DNA of 63,244 nt, counting the filler, from Bigelowiella natans CCMP2755 (Eukaryota; Protista; Cercozoa): NCBI GenBank assembly GCA_000320545.1. It is 4 parts of 4 records of this genome, joined end to end, with 100 filler letters (N's around TTAATTAATTAA, not from the genome) between each part and the next. Parts side by side here need not be neighbours in the genome. Positions count along the whole stretch, not along the records: positions 40,796 to 58,190 come from ADNK01003382.1; positions 58,291 to 63,244 come from ADNK01003361.1; 2 more parts are not named here. One strand, 5' to 3'. Below are positions 52,200 to 63,244 of the stretch, in pieces. Made by a program: the position numbers and the translations under genes. The notes beneath the pieces were generated by a model that was given only the letters and a program-made list of their open reading frames with translations, was not told the DNA's origin and searched no databases. The number at the start of each line of letters is the position of its first letter. The stretch's first letter is position 1.

Positions 52200-53756
52200 T
52201 GATGATGACGATGCGTCTTGTTCAAACGCCGACCGTTTCAGCCACCAATTTGTTCTCCAAGCTTTTGAAATAGAACATCTTCTCCTTGATTTTCACTCTG
52301 CAAAGAAGGCGAAAAACGGACCGACGACGGCGCGAAATGAGGGATTACAACCAATATCTTCGTTGCATGTGCGCGTGTGTACTCATTATTATCATCTTAG
52401 AAAACACACGCATCATTCATACATACCCCCTCGGCACGGAATAGCAAACGGATTCTTGCCATCTCTTCCTCATCGCTACGATGTCTCTCGCGACATACTC
52501 TTTCGCTTCCTGCAAAACACACACGCACACGCACACGCACACGCACACGCACAGCAAGCGGATAAAAATGGGCTCGCACACTACAATGGCGTCGTGTAGC
52601 TCCTTGCCCAGGGAAGAGAGCTGTGCTTTGATTTTGTGTGTATGTGTGTTATGTGTGTGTGTGTGTGTGTGTGTGTGTCATACCGGGCCGATATCAAACC
52701 ACATAACTTCATCCTAAAATCACCCAAAATCATCAAATCCAAGCAAAAGAGTCATACGGCAGCACGGAGAAGGGTAGATGTCAACTCTATGTATCTCGGT
52801 TTTTGCTAAGACGTGATGCCGATCACGAGATGAGATGTGTTCTCCGGTGTGTAGCATCGTACTTGCTTATTGTCATCGTTTGAGCCCCGAGTATCTGTTT
52901 GAAGAACAAAAAGAAATCGGTTAATAACTACTCTATGTGCGCGAGAATCCTGCGCTTGAGCGCCAAGCTCATATGCAGATCTTCTTCATGTCATCGTTCG
53001 CAGTGTCACTGAAATCCGCAGTTCATGCAGCGCAATGTAACCTTTCTCGAATTTCTTCTGCAGCTGGACCTTCTCTTTGTCCACAAGGGATTTATCTCGC
53101 TGGCCTTTATATTCCGAAGAAAGAATGGATGAATGCTGGCTATGTCATGATGATGATGATGATGCTGATGGTGATGGTGATGCTGGTTTTATCGCGTTGT
53201 ATGAGCGTGAGCTCTATCCATCATGGAAGAGGAAACACACGCGCGCATGCTGTAAATAGGTCGGCAAATCATTCATGTAAGCATACAACGTGCAGAATGC
53301 AGCAGCGGGGACTTCCGCACTCAGTATTATCACCCTAACAACAAGCTCGATTGCTGCTATCATTACCAATTTTGATTTCCTCAGCGAGTCGCACACCAAT
53401 GAACTCCTCGGAGGACCTGTGCAATGGAGAAAGGAGGGCTCGATCTTAGACGTAAAGCTATCGCCGTCTCGTCGTTCTCATCACCGTGTGTATTACTGCG
53501 AAGTGATGATGTGCAGATGGGGTGTGAAACATGATGGGGAAAGTGGCTTTTCGCAGCGCTAAGTGGCTGCTTATAAATGCTCGAAAGATGTGCTGCCTCG
53601 CCAGCATTATTGTTATGGTTGTTTGCACGGGTGGTGTGAGTCTTACAAGTTGGGCCGCTTGGAAAAGTACTTTCGGAATACTGTTTTGAGCTTGAGGGAT
53701 TCCCTAGAATTTCACATTAGTGCCATCATCATCATCATCATCATCATCATTATCAT

Positions 53757-53794
<38 letters not shown>

Positions 53795-54745
53795 CGTTGA
53801 ACGCAACATGCGTGCTATATATTACTCTACAACTATACTAGTACGACGATGACGACTACGGCTACTACTACTACTACTACTACTACTACTAATGCTGCTG
53901 GGACCTGTATGTCTTAATTGCTAACTTCAGCATTTCGAGTATCTGAGGAGGAGGAGGAGGAGGAGGAGGAGGAGGAGGCGCATGAATGCCATCAAACACA
54001 CGCCACAGCAGATATTAGCCATTGCACTTGGAATAAGTAAACAACAGCTACATATAGACCCCCACACATTCACAGACGCACAAAAGCAAGCTCTCTCTCT
54101 CCCCCCCCCCCCCCCCCTCTCCCCTCTAACACACACACACACACACATGCACACAATGAGAGAGATAGATAGATTGATGCTCATCTTGGGAAATTTCCAC
54201 TTCCAGAACGACTACTACGTTTCATCATCATCATCATCATCGTCATCATCATCGCCATCGTCATCGTCATTGATTCTCATCACCCTTTTCTCTGACACTT
54301 GAATTCTATGCTCTGCCGACGGCTTGGCATCGAAGAATCTTCGGACAAAAAAAGACAAGGATTAGCAAGAGAATAGGGAATAGAGAATAGAGAGAGAGAG
54401 AGAGTAAGAAAGAGAGAGAGGAGAGAGACGAGAGGCCATCAAACCCAACACACCAGATTTAATAATAAGGGTACAACAAAGCGTGGTAATGAGATATGGC
54501 TGACAGCACGCAGTGCAGTTTTTAAGATATGTTCTATATTCGGTCGTGATTGTTATTAATTTAGTCATCACTGGAGAGGGTAGAATTCCCGGATAGCCTC
54601 TCTTTCCGCCTTTGCTTTTCGAATTCGAGCCTTACTTGTTCCCTCTCGATGGAAGTAGAACTCTGACAACATGGGACTCCTGTTGATGTTGTACGCACAC
54701 ACGCACACACACACGCACACGCACACGCACACACACACGCACACG

Positions 54746-54809
<64 letters not shown>

Positions 54810-55175
54810 CACACACACGCACACGCACACACACGCACACACACACACACACGCACACGCACACGCACGCGCCAACATAATCACACGTACGGCATTGATT
54901 TACTGATACCAATTACAATGGAATATACACAATATATATATATATATATATATATTATATGCACATTATATGCATATTTATAACATAATGTGCTTTTAAA
55001 CTGCTGCATTGATCATCGATGATGCGTAATGACTGCGCTGATGCTAGCAGTTCCCACGCGAGGAAGACGGTGACAAGCAACAACAAAATTACCAGAGCTC
55101 GCTGCGTTTCAGGTCGTATCCGATAATCTCGGGGTTCGGGGGCTGCATCGATATCACAAACTATTAGCTATATAG

Positions 55176-55210
<35 letters not shown>

Positions 55211-55936
55211 TGTGTGTGTGTGTATATGTATATGTATATATTCTCTTGGGCTGTGCAAAAGATGCATTGCGAGAGGGATAGGGATAAGCGTTCTATGAGA
55301 TGTTTGCTGCGGCCGCCTTTGGTTGATGGTTTGAAAGTAAATACACGTCAAGGGAAAATAGAGACCTGCTGATTTGCCCAGATGTCCTCCTGGTTGAAAA
55401 TGATATCAATGCTAATGTACGGGGTTTGCGAACGCTCTTTGCGTCGCCTCCTATCCTTCTCCTCGTTGTCATCGTCGTCGTCGTCTGAGGAGTCATAGAG
55501 CATTAAGATGTTCATCACAGGGGGGAGGGGGGGGGGGAGGCTTGATGCGCTTTGATGTATGCGATTTTGCTAATGCATTGCAATACTGCTGGTGCTACAA
55601 CATCGACTTATAATACTCATTGCTATTATTATCAATAATAACCATGATAATAGTAAGTAAGACCGTCATCGTTGCTGCTCCTTCCTCGCTGCGTGTCTTT
55701 GCGTCTGATTCTTCTTTGGATCATCTTGAGAGAGCGAAATGAGGAGGAGGAGGAGGAAGGAGAGAGAAAACAACACGGTTTAATTTTTTTAAGAGAACGG
55801 GGGTGGAGGGGGGGGGAGGATGCATTTAGGCTCCGCAACACTCTTTTCCCTTGCGAACGAGACCGAGAAAGAAACAACAACATGAAATCTTGACATCGGA
55901 TTAATGATCTTGTACACTTATCCGTTAAGATCCACA

Positions 55937-55969
<33 letters not shown>

Positions 55970-56353
55970 GGCCCATATTAATCCTGGCAAAATCGCTGTG
56001 TTTTCTCTTTGATTAAAATCTTCGTATATGCTCACTCGTCTCCCACACCTGCTGAAACTTGAGGTTCTCGCGTTGAGATAATGTTTGGACTGCAGCTTGG
56101 ACGCTGCTAGCGCTCCGTTTGCCATGACCTTGAGAAGGAGAGATTTTACGAAGGAATCATCGCTTAACATAACAGAAGTTGCGTGTGATGATTGTTTATC
56201 CAGAGAATAAAAGGCTTGCATGGGTAGTATATCTTGCCGTATCATTGGTTGTTTCATAATCAGCTTTATATTAAATAATTATCATCATCGTCGTCATCAT
56301 CATGAGCATCATCGGCCCCACCTCCCCGTCATCTTCCTCTGGGATGTAATCGG

Positions 56354-56389
<36 letters not shown>

Positions 56390-56762
56390 TATATTATATC
56401 AATATATATCGTCATATATCGTATTTGATTTGCAGGAAAATCAATATTGCGCGTGTGTGAATGTGAGTGTGTTTGGATATTTGGATGTTTAAATGTATGG
56501 TCAGCTGTGGGGGCACAACATCGGTTCCTTGGCGCTGAATTTCCTCCTTCCTCTGGTACAGCAGCAAGTTATCCCTGATAATATCCTGTCCAAATCGATA
56601 AAAACAACATTTAAAATTACAACGATGATGGTGATGATGGTGGTGATGATGATGTTTCTAGTGATACTATGGCACAGAGAGGGTGTGTTTTCGTACTGAA
56701 AGTAAAAGGATTGTGTGCGTGGGAAATTCAATTCATGAGGAGGATGTTCAATCATATTCATA

Positions 56763-56794
<32 letters not shown>

Positions 56795-56843
56795 TACATA
56801 TATATACACATGTATAATTATTCACGTTGCGAGATAGCGAGAG

Positions 56844-56886
<43 letters not shown>

Positions 56887-57700
56887 AAAAGATAAAGGGA
56901 AATGAAATCTCCAGAGCACCTCATCCTCTTTGTCATCGATTCTACTATTATTTCCTTTTGGCTGCTCTCCTCCTCCTCCTCCTCCTCCTCCTCCTCCTCT
57001 CGTATCTTAGTATCCAGACAGTACATTATCAGACGCAAATACCAAAAACCCATTGCTGGTATGGGGTCGGTTTTCTTGCTATTTCACTCTCTCATAAGCA
57101 TAAAAAAAAACACATATTAGCATGAAGGGTGTGCGGAGGGGGGGGAAGGGGTGTGATGGTAAATGGTACTCTTTGTCTTTTTAGAATGAAACTCGATGAT
57201 CTCGTTGTCCCGGAACTGGTATGTTCTCCTGCCAGGATATACGAGGATGATAACGATGCAAGGGAGAGGAGGAAGCGTCTATGGACACCGCAGTTCTTAC
57301 TACAACACATACTCTAGAAGGGCAATTCAATGAAAGCTGTCACAATTACATAAGATAATATACTGCGATGTGATGGTGAGAGGCCTTTGCTACGGCGGCG
57401 ATCCTACCCATTGCTAGTCTCCCAAAAACGAATGATCGAGGCCTTTTCACCACCGGCTGAGAAAAAAGATTGCAGACGATAATGATGACGACGATGATGA
57501 TATAATGATGTTGATGGTGATTAGGATGATGATGGTGATGCTAGAATGCAAATTGTCCCAACATCCACAGTATGGATTCTAAGTCAAATGAAGTCAATGG
57601 GCAAGAGGAAGAGCAGCATCTATGGATTGCAGATCCTAGCGAAACCCCATTGAAGATGACAAAATCTTCATCGAATAGAATTCCCTCTCTCACAGGGCAA
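52017..57700 (-). CDS. Unidentified multi-exon gene; 5' extent uncertain
   Basis: Series of AG/GT-bounded open segments, e.g. ILEMLKLAIKTYR, ESLKLKTVFRKYFSKRPNL, EAKEYVARDIVAMRKRWQES, VKIKEKMFYFKSLENKLVAET, VIKEAKGLLGISYPSTKFALGCKVGKDYIPQ*. No family recognised. Confidence 0.5.
54690..54872. repeat. Compound (CA)n/(CACACG)n microsatellite; the longest of many intronic microsatellites
   Basis: About 180 bp of continuous purine-pyrimidine alternation. Confidence 0.95.
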
Positions 57701-58190
57701 TTTCCCTTATTTGATTCAATATCTGCCTACCATCTTTAGCCATCGCTGCTGCTCCAGCATCTTCCTCCTCAGCCCCCCCCGCCTCCACATCGTCTTCAAT
57801 GGTCATCACCCATTGATGGGGAATTGGACTTTTTTGGATCTGAGCGCCAACGGAGGCAAACACGGGGAGGGGGGGGGGGGGGGGTGGATAATCAAACCAC
57901 CCAGAAGTGCGTTGGATTTGAATTACGAGTGCGACCCGAAACTTATCATCATCATCATCGTCATCATCATCATCATAATGACTGCCACTCTCAACTGCGC
58001 TCCTCGCTTGGGCGGTGTTGGGTTCTATTCCCCGTGGGCTGTTTTCCCCGGGTGTTTACCCCTTGTTTCCCGACCGGAGAACGATCCCAACCATACGAAA
58101 TCCTTTCTCTTTCCAGGTGAAAAATATTTTTTAAAAAACAAACCCAAATGAACCCCTATAATGGATTATATATATATATATATATATATA

Positions 58191-58290
58191 NNNNNNNNNN
58201 NNNNNNNNNNNNNNNNNNNNNNNNNNNNNNNNNNTTAATTAATTAANNNNNNNNNNNNNNNNNNNNNNNNNNNNNNNNNNNNNNNNNNNN
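58191..58290. other. Artificial contig spacer
   Basis: N-run, TTAATTAATTAA, N-run. Confidence 0.97.
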
Positions 58291-58718
58291 ATAGGGGGGA
58301 ATTTTCATTTGCTAAAACGGAGGGAGGATTTCTTCGGTTGCATCGTGCCCGCGCTTTCCCCAATGTGTTTTTTCTTTTTCCACAATAGGCGGGTGCGGGG
58401 CCCCCCGAGGTTAAGGATCCAAACTTAAAGAAGTTGGCCAACCACGCCCTACAACCGCGGTATTATTATTACCCTCCTTACTCCCCCCAATAAAAATATT
58501 TCTTTTATTTTTATTAGCAATATTTTGGGGGAGCAAAAATTTTTTTTGGGGTGGCTTCCTCCCCCCCCCCCCTCTCTCCCCTCTCTCCGCACACCCACAC
58601 ACACACACACACATATAGATAGTCAACTGTATTATTGCTACGTTACTCCCAAGTATTCTCGCAGCTGATGTTTGTTGGACTCGTACACTTGCCCACCCCC
58701 CCCCACCCCATCTCCCAG

Positions 58719-58891
58719 TGAAGATACCAAAGGAGAATGTGGTGCACATCGATGGCGAGCAGTATGGGGATGCTGCAAAGGCAGCTAAGCTCTACGAGGA
58801 GAGCGTGCATAAATTCTTTGAACAATCCACTTGTCCAGGTGGGCGATGAAAGGACGATGATGATGATGATGACGATGATGATGATGATGAC

Positions 58892-58922
<31 letters not shown>

Positions 58923-59695
58923 TGGATATTGATGATACGTGCCATCGATACGATAGTCTTCGATCTCATTCTGCTTGGGATGGGACCTGACGGACACACC
59001 TGCTCGCTCTTTCCGGAGCATAAACTGCTCGATGAAGCGAAATCCACGGTGGCAGCGATCACAGGTACGGCATCAGCAACCAAAAGCAGCTGTCTCCGCC
59101 CCCTCCCCCCTTGAACATCATCTGTTTTCTCATCTTTCATTGTGTTCGGTGGTGGGTGCTGCGTGCTACCAATCGTAATCACTGGTGTCATGAGCCTACC
59201 TGTAACCTTGCTTTCTTTCGTCTGACTTCTGTTTGCCACAACCCTATTCACACGACCACTCCCAATCGCGCAATCCTGCTATATTGCTAGATTCTCCAAA
59301 ACCACCGAGCAGCCGAATAACCTTCACATTCCCGGTCTTAAATGCCGCAAAGGTGCGTTGTAGCACTTTTCCATTCTCGTCATCATCACCACCACCACCA
59401 CCACCACGACGATCATCATCATCATCATTATCATCATCGTCGTCATCATCATCATCATCGTCCCCATCGTCGGTATCTCTTACAGGCCGTCGCTTTCGTG
59501 TGCTGCGGTGGAGGCAAGAGCGGCTCTTTGAAGGCCGTAATCGAGGGCGAAGAAGGAAGTGAAAAGCAGCTACCGGCAGGGATGGTCAAGAATAAACGAG
59601 TAAGCGATGTCAGAACGTTCAGATGCGAAAAGGGGGGTGGGGGGGATAATGATCAATTTTACTTTGCTAAATATACTTACATAATATTATATATA

Positions 59696-59734
<39 letters not shown>

Positions 59735-59815
59735 CTGAACGGTATCTTTGTACTATAGATTTTCTGGTATGTCGATGATGCGGCTGCGGCTGAATTATCG
59801 AAGAAAAAAGCATAG
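58719..59815 (+). CDS. PGLS: 6-phosphogluconolactonase; 5' end not resolved next to the gap
   Basis: IPKENV...[68 protein letters not shown]; TAG at 59813-59815. Confidence 0.93.
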
Positions 59816-60711
59816 CGAAGGAATGCGGTGTGTGTGTGTGTGTGTTTGTGTTTGTGTTTGTGTTTGTGTGCGGCACGGAAAGTCTAGTTGACTAGGCCAC
59901 CCAGCATAGGCTGACGAATTGCTCTACTAGCATCTTCACATTTACCGTTCTTTCTGCGTGAATTGAAGTGGCAAGACAAAGAAGTAGACCTTAAATAGCT
60001 ATAATATACACACCATCTTATCCCGCGGAATTATGAGATTATTGATCATGGGCGTGACTGGGAGCCAAAAAAAAAATGAGATGATTGTCGGAGTTTTTGT
60101 TACGCACCATGTTTTGTTATTAGCAGCATGCATGGCATTGCATGTATACATGACGCGGCTGTAGTAGACCACGCGCAGACATACACACACACACACATGT
60201 ACACTACTGCTCTAGTAAAACATGCACAGATCGCGAGCACACTATATGGTCCCTATAACACAAATGTGTCACATGCACACTGCATTTTTTGTGCGTACGT
60301 ATCTTACTAGCTGGCTACGACATGCATGAATTTCTGCAAAGTTGTGTAGTTTGTTTAACTGTGTGAGCCATCTTCTAATGCTTTAAACATGTTGCGGCCC
60401 GCGCGAATGGCATGCCAGCGCAGCGTACGATACGTAACAGCATATACACACAGCTACATGCTTGCTTCACACACATTGTGCCACATGCCACTCATCACAG
60501 TCTTTTATTGGCATTTGGCATGGCTAGATGGGTCGCTGCTATACCATGTATTGTATACGACGATGCAATGCACAAAGAGCACATGTTGTGTGAGTTTGAC
60601 TACTGTAATTGTATTCTTTACATTTCCTGTAATGAGCGACTCGTGCATCATCCACTGCATTGCAAACTTTGAGTTATCTCAGACGTCGCAGTCGCCCATT
60701 ACTCGTTGATG

Positions 60712-61485
60712 CTATTGTATTGCTTGACGCCCTTCTTCATCATTCACATCTTGTTCATGAGTGTTCGCCTCAGCGAGGTTGTTGTCCGCGGAGCCCTCCC
60801 CCGGCTTGGTATTACTCTTCCCCTCCTCAGGGTTCCTGCTAGCTGATCGTTTTTTCCCAAAGTCATACTTCGTAAATATGCGATCGAGAACGGTGTTCCA
60901 GTGCGAGTGAAAGGAGGAACTGCGAGTGAACGGCTTATTCTGCCTCATACCTGTGTTATAATTTTGTGGAGTGAGGGTAGAGAAAAAATGGGAGGAGGGG
61001 GGAAGCGGTTCGATGGGAACGTGACGATTTTGATGGAGATGATGCGACATCGTACGTTTCAGATTGTCCCGGGCTTTTTCTAGCCAGCGGAGAACCTTAC
61101 GGGGAAATTAAAGGAAGATGTCAATGGAAAAGAGAGAGGGGAGGAGGAAGAGATAACATAGAATCATATGCTGCTGCTTTTTAATATTCGCACGCGCGTG
61201 TTCACGCCCTTTTCAGAAAGTGCTTCCTTATTCTGTTTACATCAATTTTCAATATGGGTTCGTGCATGTGTTGTGCGTATTTTGTTGTGATAGAAAGGTG
61301 ATCCGCATGCTTTGCGGTCGCAGGATGTGCCACTTGATGTCCGTGCTTCTCGTCTGGTGAAAATAGTACTGCAAAATGGGTCGGTACCTTCTCCAGTATG
61401 ATGTTGTTGCTTTGATACTGGGCTTCGTCTGGAAGGACAAAGGCAGGCAATGTTGTGTGCGTTTATGAGTTTATGAGTAACAGAG

Positions 61486-61536
<51 letters not shown>

Positions 61537-62777
61537 ATGTATGTTCCCTCACCCACCTTTCGGCTGAAGCATAAGATTCCATTTCATCTTCATGAAGTCG
61601 TTCAGGTACACATTGCCCATCATCTTCTTCTTTTGCCTCTTCTTCTCTGTTACTGACTTTCCTGCAGGTACGAGGGGGAGGAAGTAGAACGATAATCAAT
61701 AGCCGGAGAAGAATAAAAACACGCAAAATGGCGGCGGGGGGTGGGTGGGTGGGTGGGGAGGAATAAATCGGAAACTATCTAGTTATCATCATTATATCAA
61801 CATAACTAGCGATTGTTATTATTGGGATATTTGAACAGCAGCAGCAGTAGTAATAATACTACTAGGAGAGGAATATAGAATTGGTAAACATCACTACGTG
61901 TAGTACTTTGTTGTCTGGTGGAGACTTCATGGATCTCCATAGGAGCACTGGTGGAGAGACTATTGGAACTTCTTCGTCTACTACAGTAAAAGCAATTAGG
62001 AAGTGACTCAGATCGAGATAGAAAGAGAGGGGGGGGGGGGTGGGGAGAGAGAGAGAAATACACTCCCATTTGGGAATGAAGCATCAATACATCAAAAACA
62101 CGGGTCTGAACACCACCGACCTTTGTACGTTCTGCAGGATTTTGTCCACCGCAGAGGGGAGCGGTGCCGTTTTCCCTATTTTCCCGGTGTGTTCGGTGCG
62201 ATTCATCCGGTCAGAGATTGATGCAGGAAATGCGTGTGAGTGTAAGATGTTGGTTTGATTGTCCGTTCTCAAGGCAAATTCTGTTGTGTTTATGTGTATG
62301 TGTTTGTGTGAGTATCTATTTATTTACCATGCAGTGCTCTGTCGGCGTTGCTGTTGATGCTCGCACCCTGATCCTCGTTGATGCTTTTCGATGGCCTCCG
62401 CCTGGTTAAGGTATTGAAGGAATGGAGATATCAATAGAGTGTAAAGGTACCTCGTGCACTTTCTTTGATAATATGTACACATACAGATATCCTTTTCATA
62501 TATACATATCAACAATTTATAATATGCATATAGTATCAACGCGTATGATGGTTCATTCTCCTTTAGATATGAGTATGCTATCATCATGCTAATGTAGGGT
62601 CGCACCTCCGTCGGAAACGGCTAATTGTGTCCCGTCTTAGAGAGTCTCCTGAGAGTGTATGTATTATACAACCATTTCAATCTACACGGTATAAGTGGTA
62701 CGTTAAACACACTTTTCGCTACCTCACCATCACCCAACAGCTGCACAATGCCTTTCTTTATCATCATCATCATCACC

Positions 62778-62809
<32 letters not shown>

Positions 62810-62990
62810 CGTTGCCGTCATCGTCGTTCATCATCATCATTATCATCACGGGCATTATCGTCGTCATCACGTTGATTTCCCATCGACTTGGAGCGCGAGA
62901 CAAAGCTGCTCTTGCTGTTCTTGCGGTTAGTACGCATCTTCAGCCCTGCCGCAAACTGCGGATCTCGCTCTACAAACTCCGTGAGCTGGC
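60712..62990 (-). CDS. 3' part of an unidentified multi-exon gene
   Basis: AG/GT-bounded open segments (LTEFVERDPQFAAGLK, VLRWLEKARDNLK) and a terminal exon ending EEGRQAIQ*. Confidence 0.4.
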
Positions 62991-63244
62991 GAGGGGATGA
63001 GAGAAGGGGTGGTGGGGACGTGGGGGAAAAACAAATTTCGTTAGACGTACTTTAAACCTCAATAATAACAGGAAATCCACCCACGAAATCTCCATGGCCC
63101 CCCCCCCTTTCCTCCCATTGTTACCCGTTGCCTTCGTAAGCACGCAGGCATTAGAAGACTTAGGGATGTCCGCATAACGCCTATCATTTTGCTCCTATTC
63201 CGAGCTAGTGTACAAGCATAGAATCATTCAATTCATATATAAAA

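Noticed and set aside
339-63000. Many short ORFs with CVCVCV, HTHTHT, ERERER, poly-I/M/H/S
   Set aside because: They are translations of intronic microsatellites, which lack stop codons in most frames.

Overview
Eukaryotic, intron-rich nuclear DNA made of four contigs joined by artificial N-TTAATTAATTAA-N spacers (24337-24436, 40696-40795, 58191-58290), so adjacency across these gaps means nothing. Splicing the exons by eye gives about 19 genes: PRMT10-type methyltransferase, RPN3, a formin, a divergent SKP1, an ERGIC-53/Emp47-type lectin, selenoprotein F (in-frame UGA plus SECIS), a secreted-domain/aldo-keto reductase/TM fusion, a PXA-domain fragment, a Clu-domain protein, SPF27, RPN9, a ubiquitin-like/CapZ-alpha fusion, a PH-RhoGAP-like protein, ATP11, a divergent plastid-type Cpn60 with a bipartite-like leader, 6-phosphogluconolactonase, and three unidentified genes. 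The Cpn60 leader and the ubiquitin fusion suggest a chlorarachniophyte or related cercozoan (inference). The most unusual signals are (i) the UBL-LRGG-CapZ-alpha fusion and (ii) 0.4-1 kb CTAG/CATG/TGCA-rich islands in 3' intergenic spacers, which share short motifs and show a deamination-like (RIP-like) substitution pattern. Most ORFs in the supplied track are microsatellite artefacts. Exon boundaries were read by eye and family calls rest on recalled motifs, not database searches.
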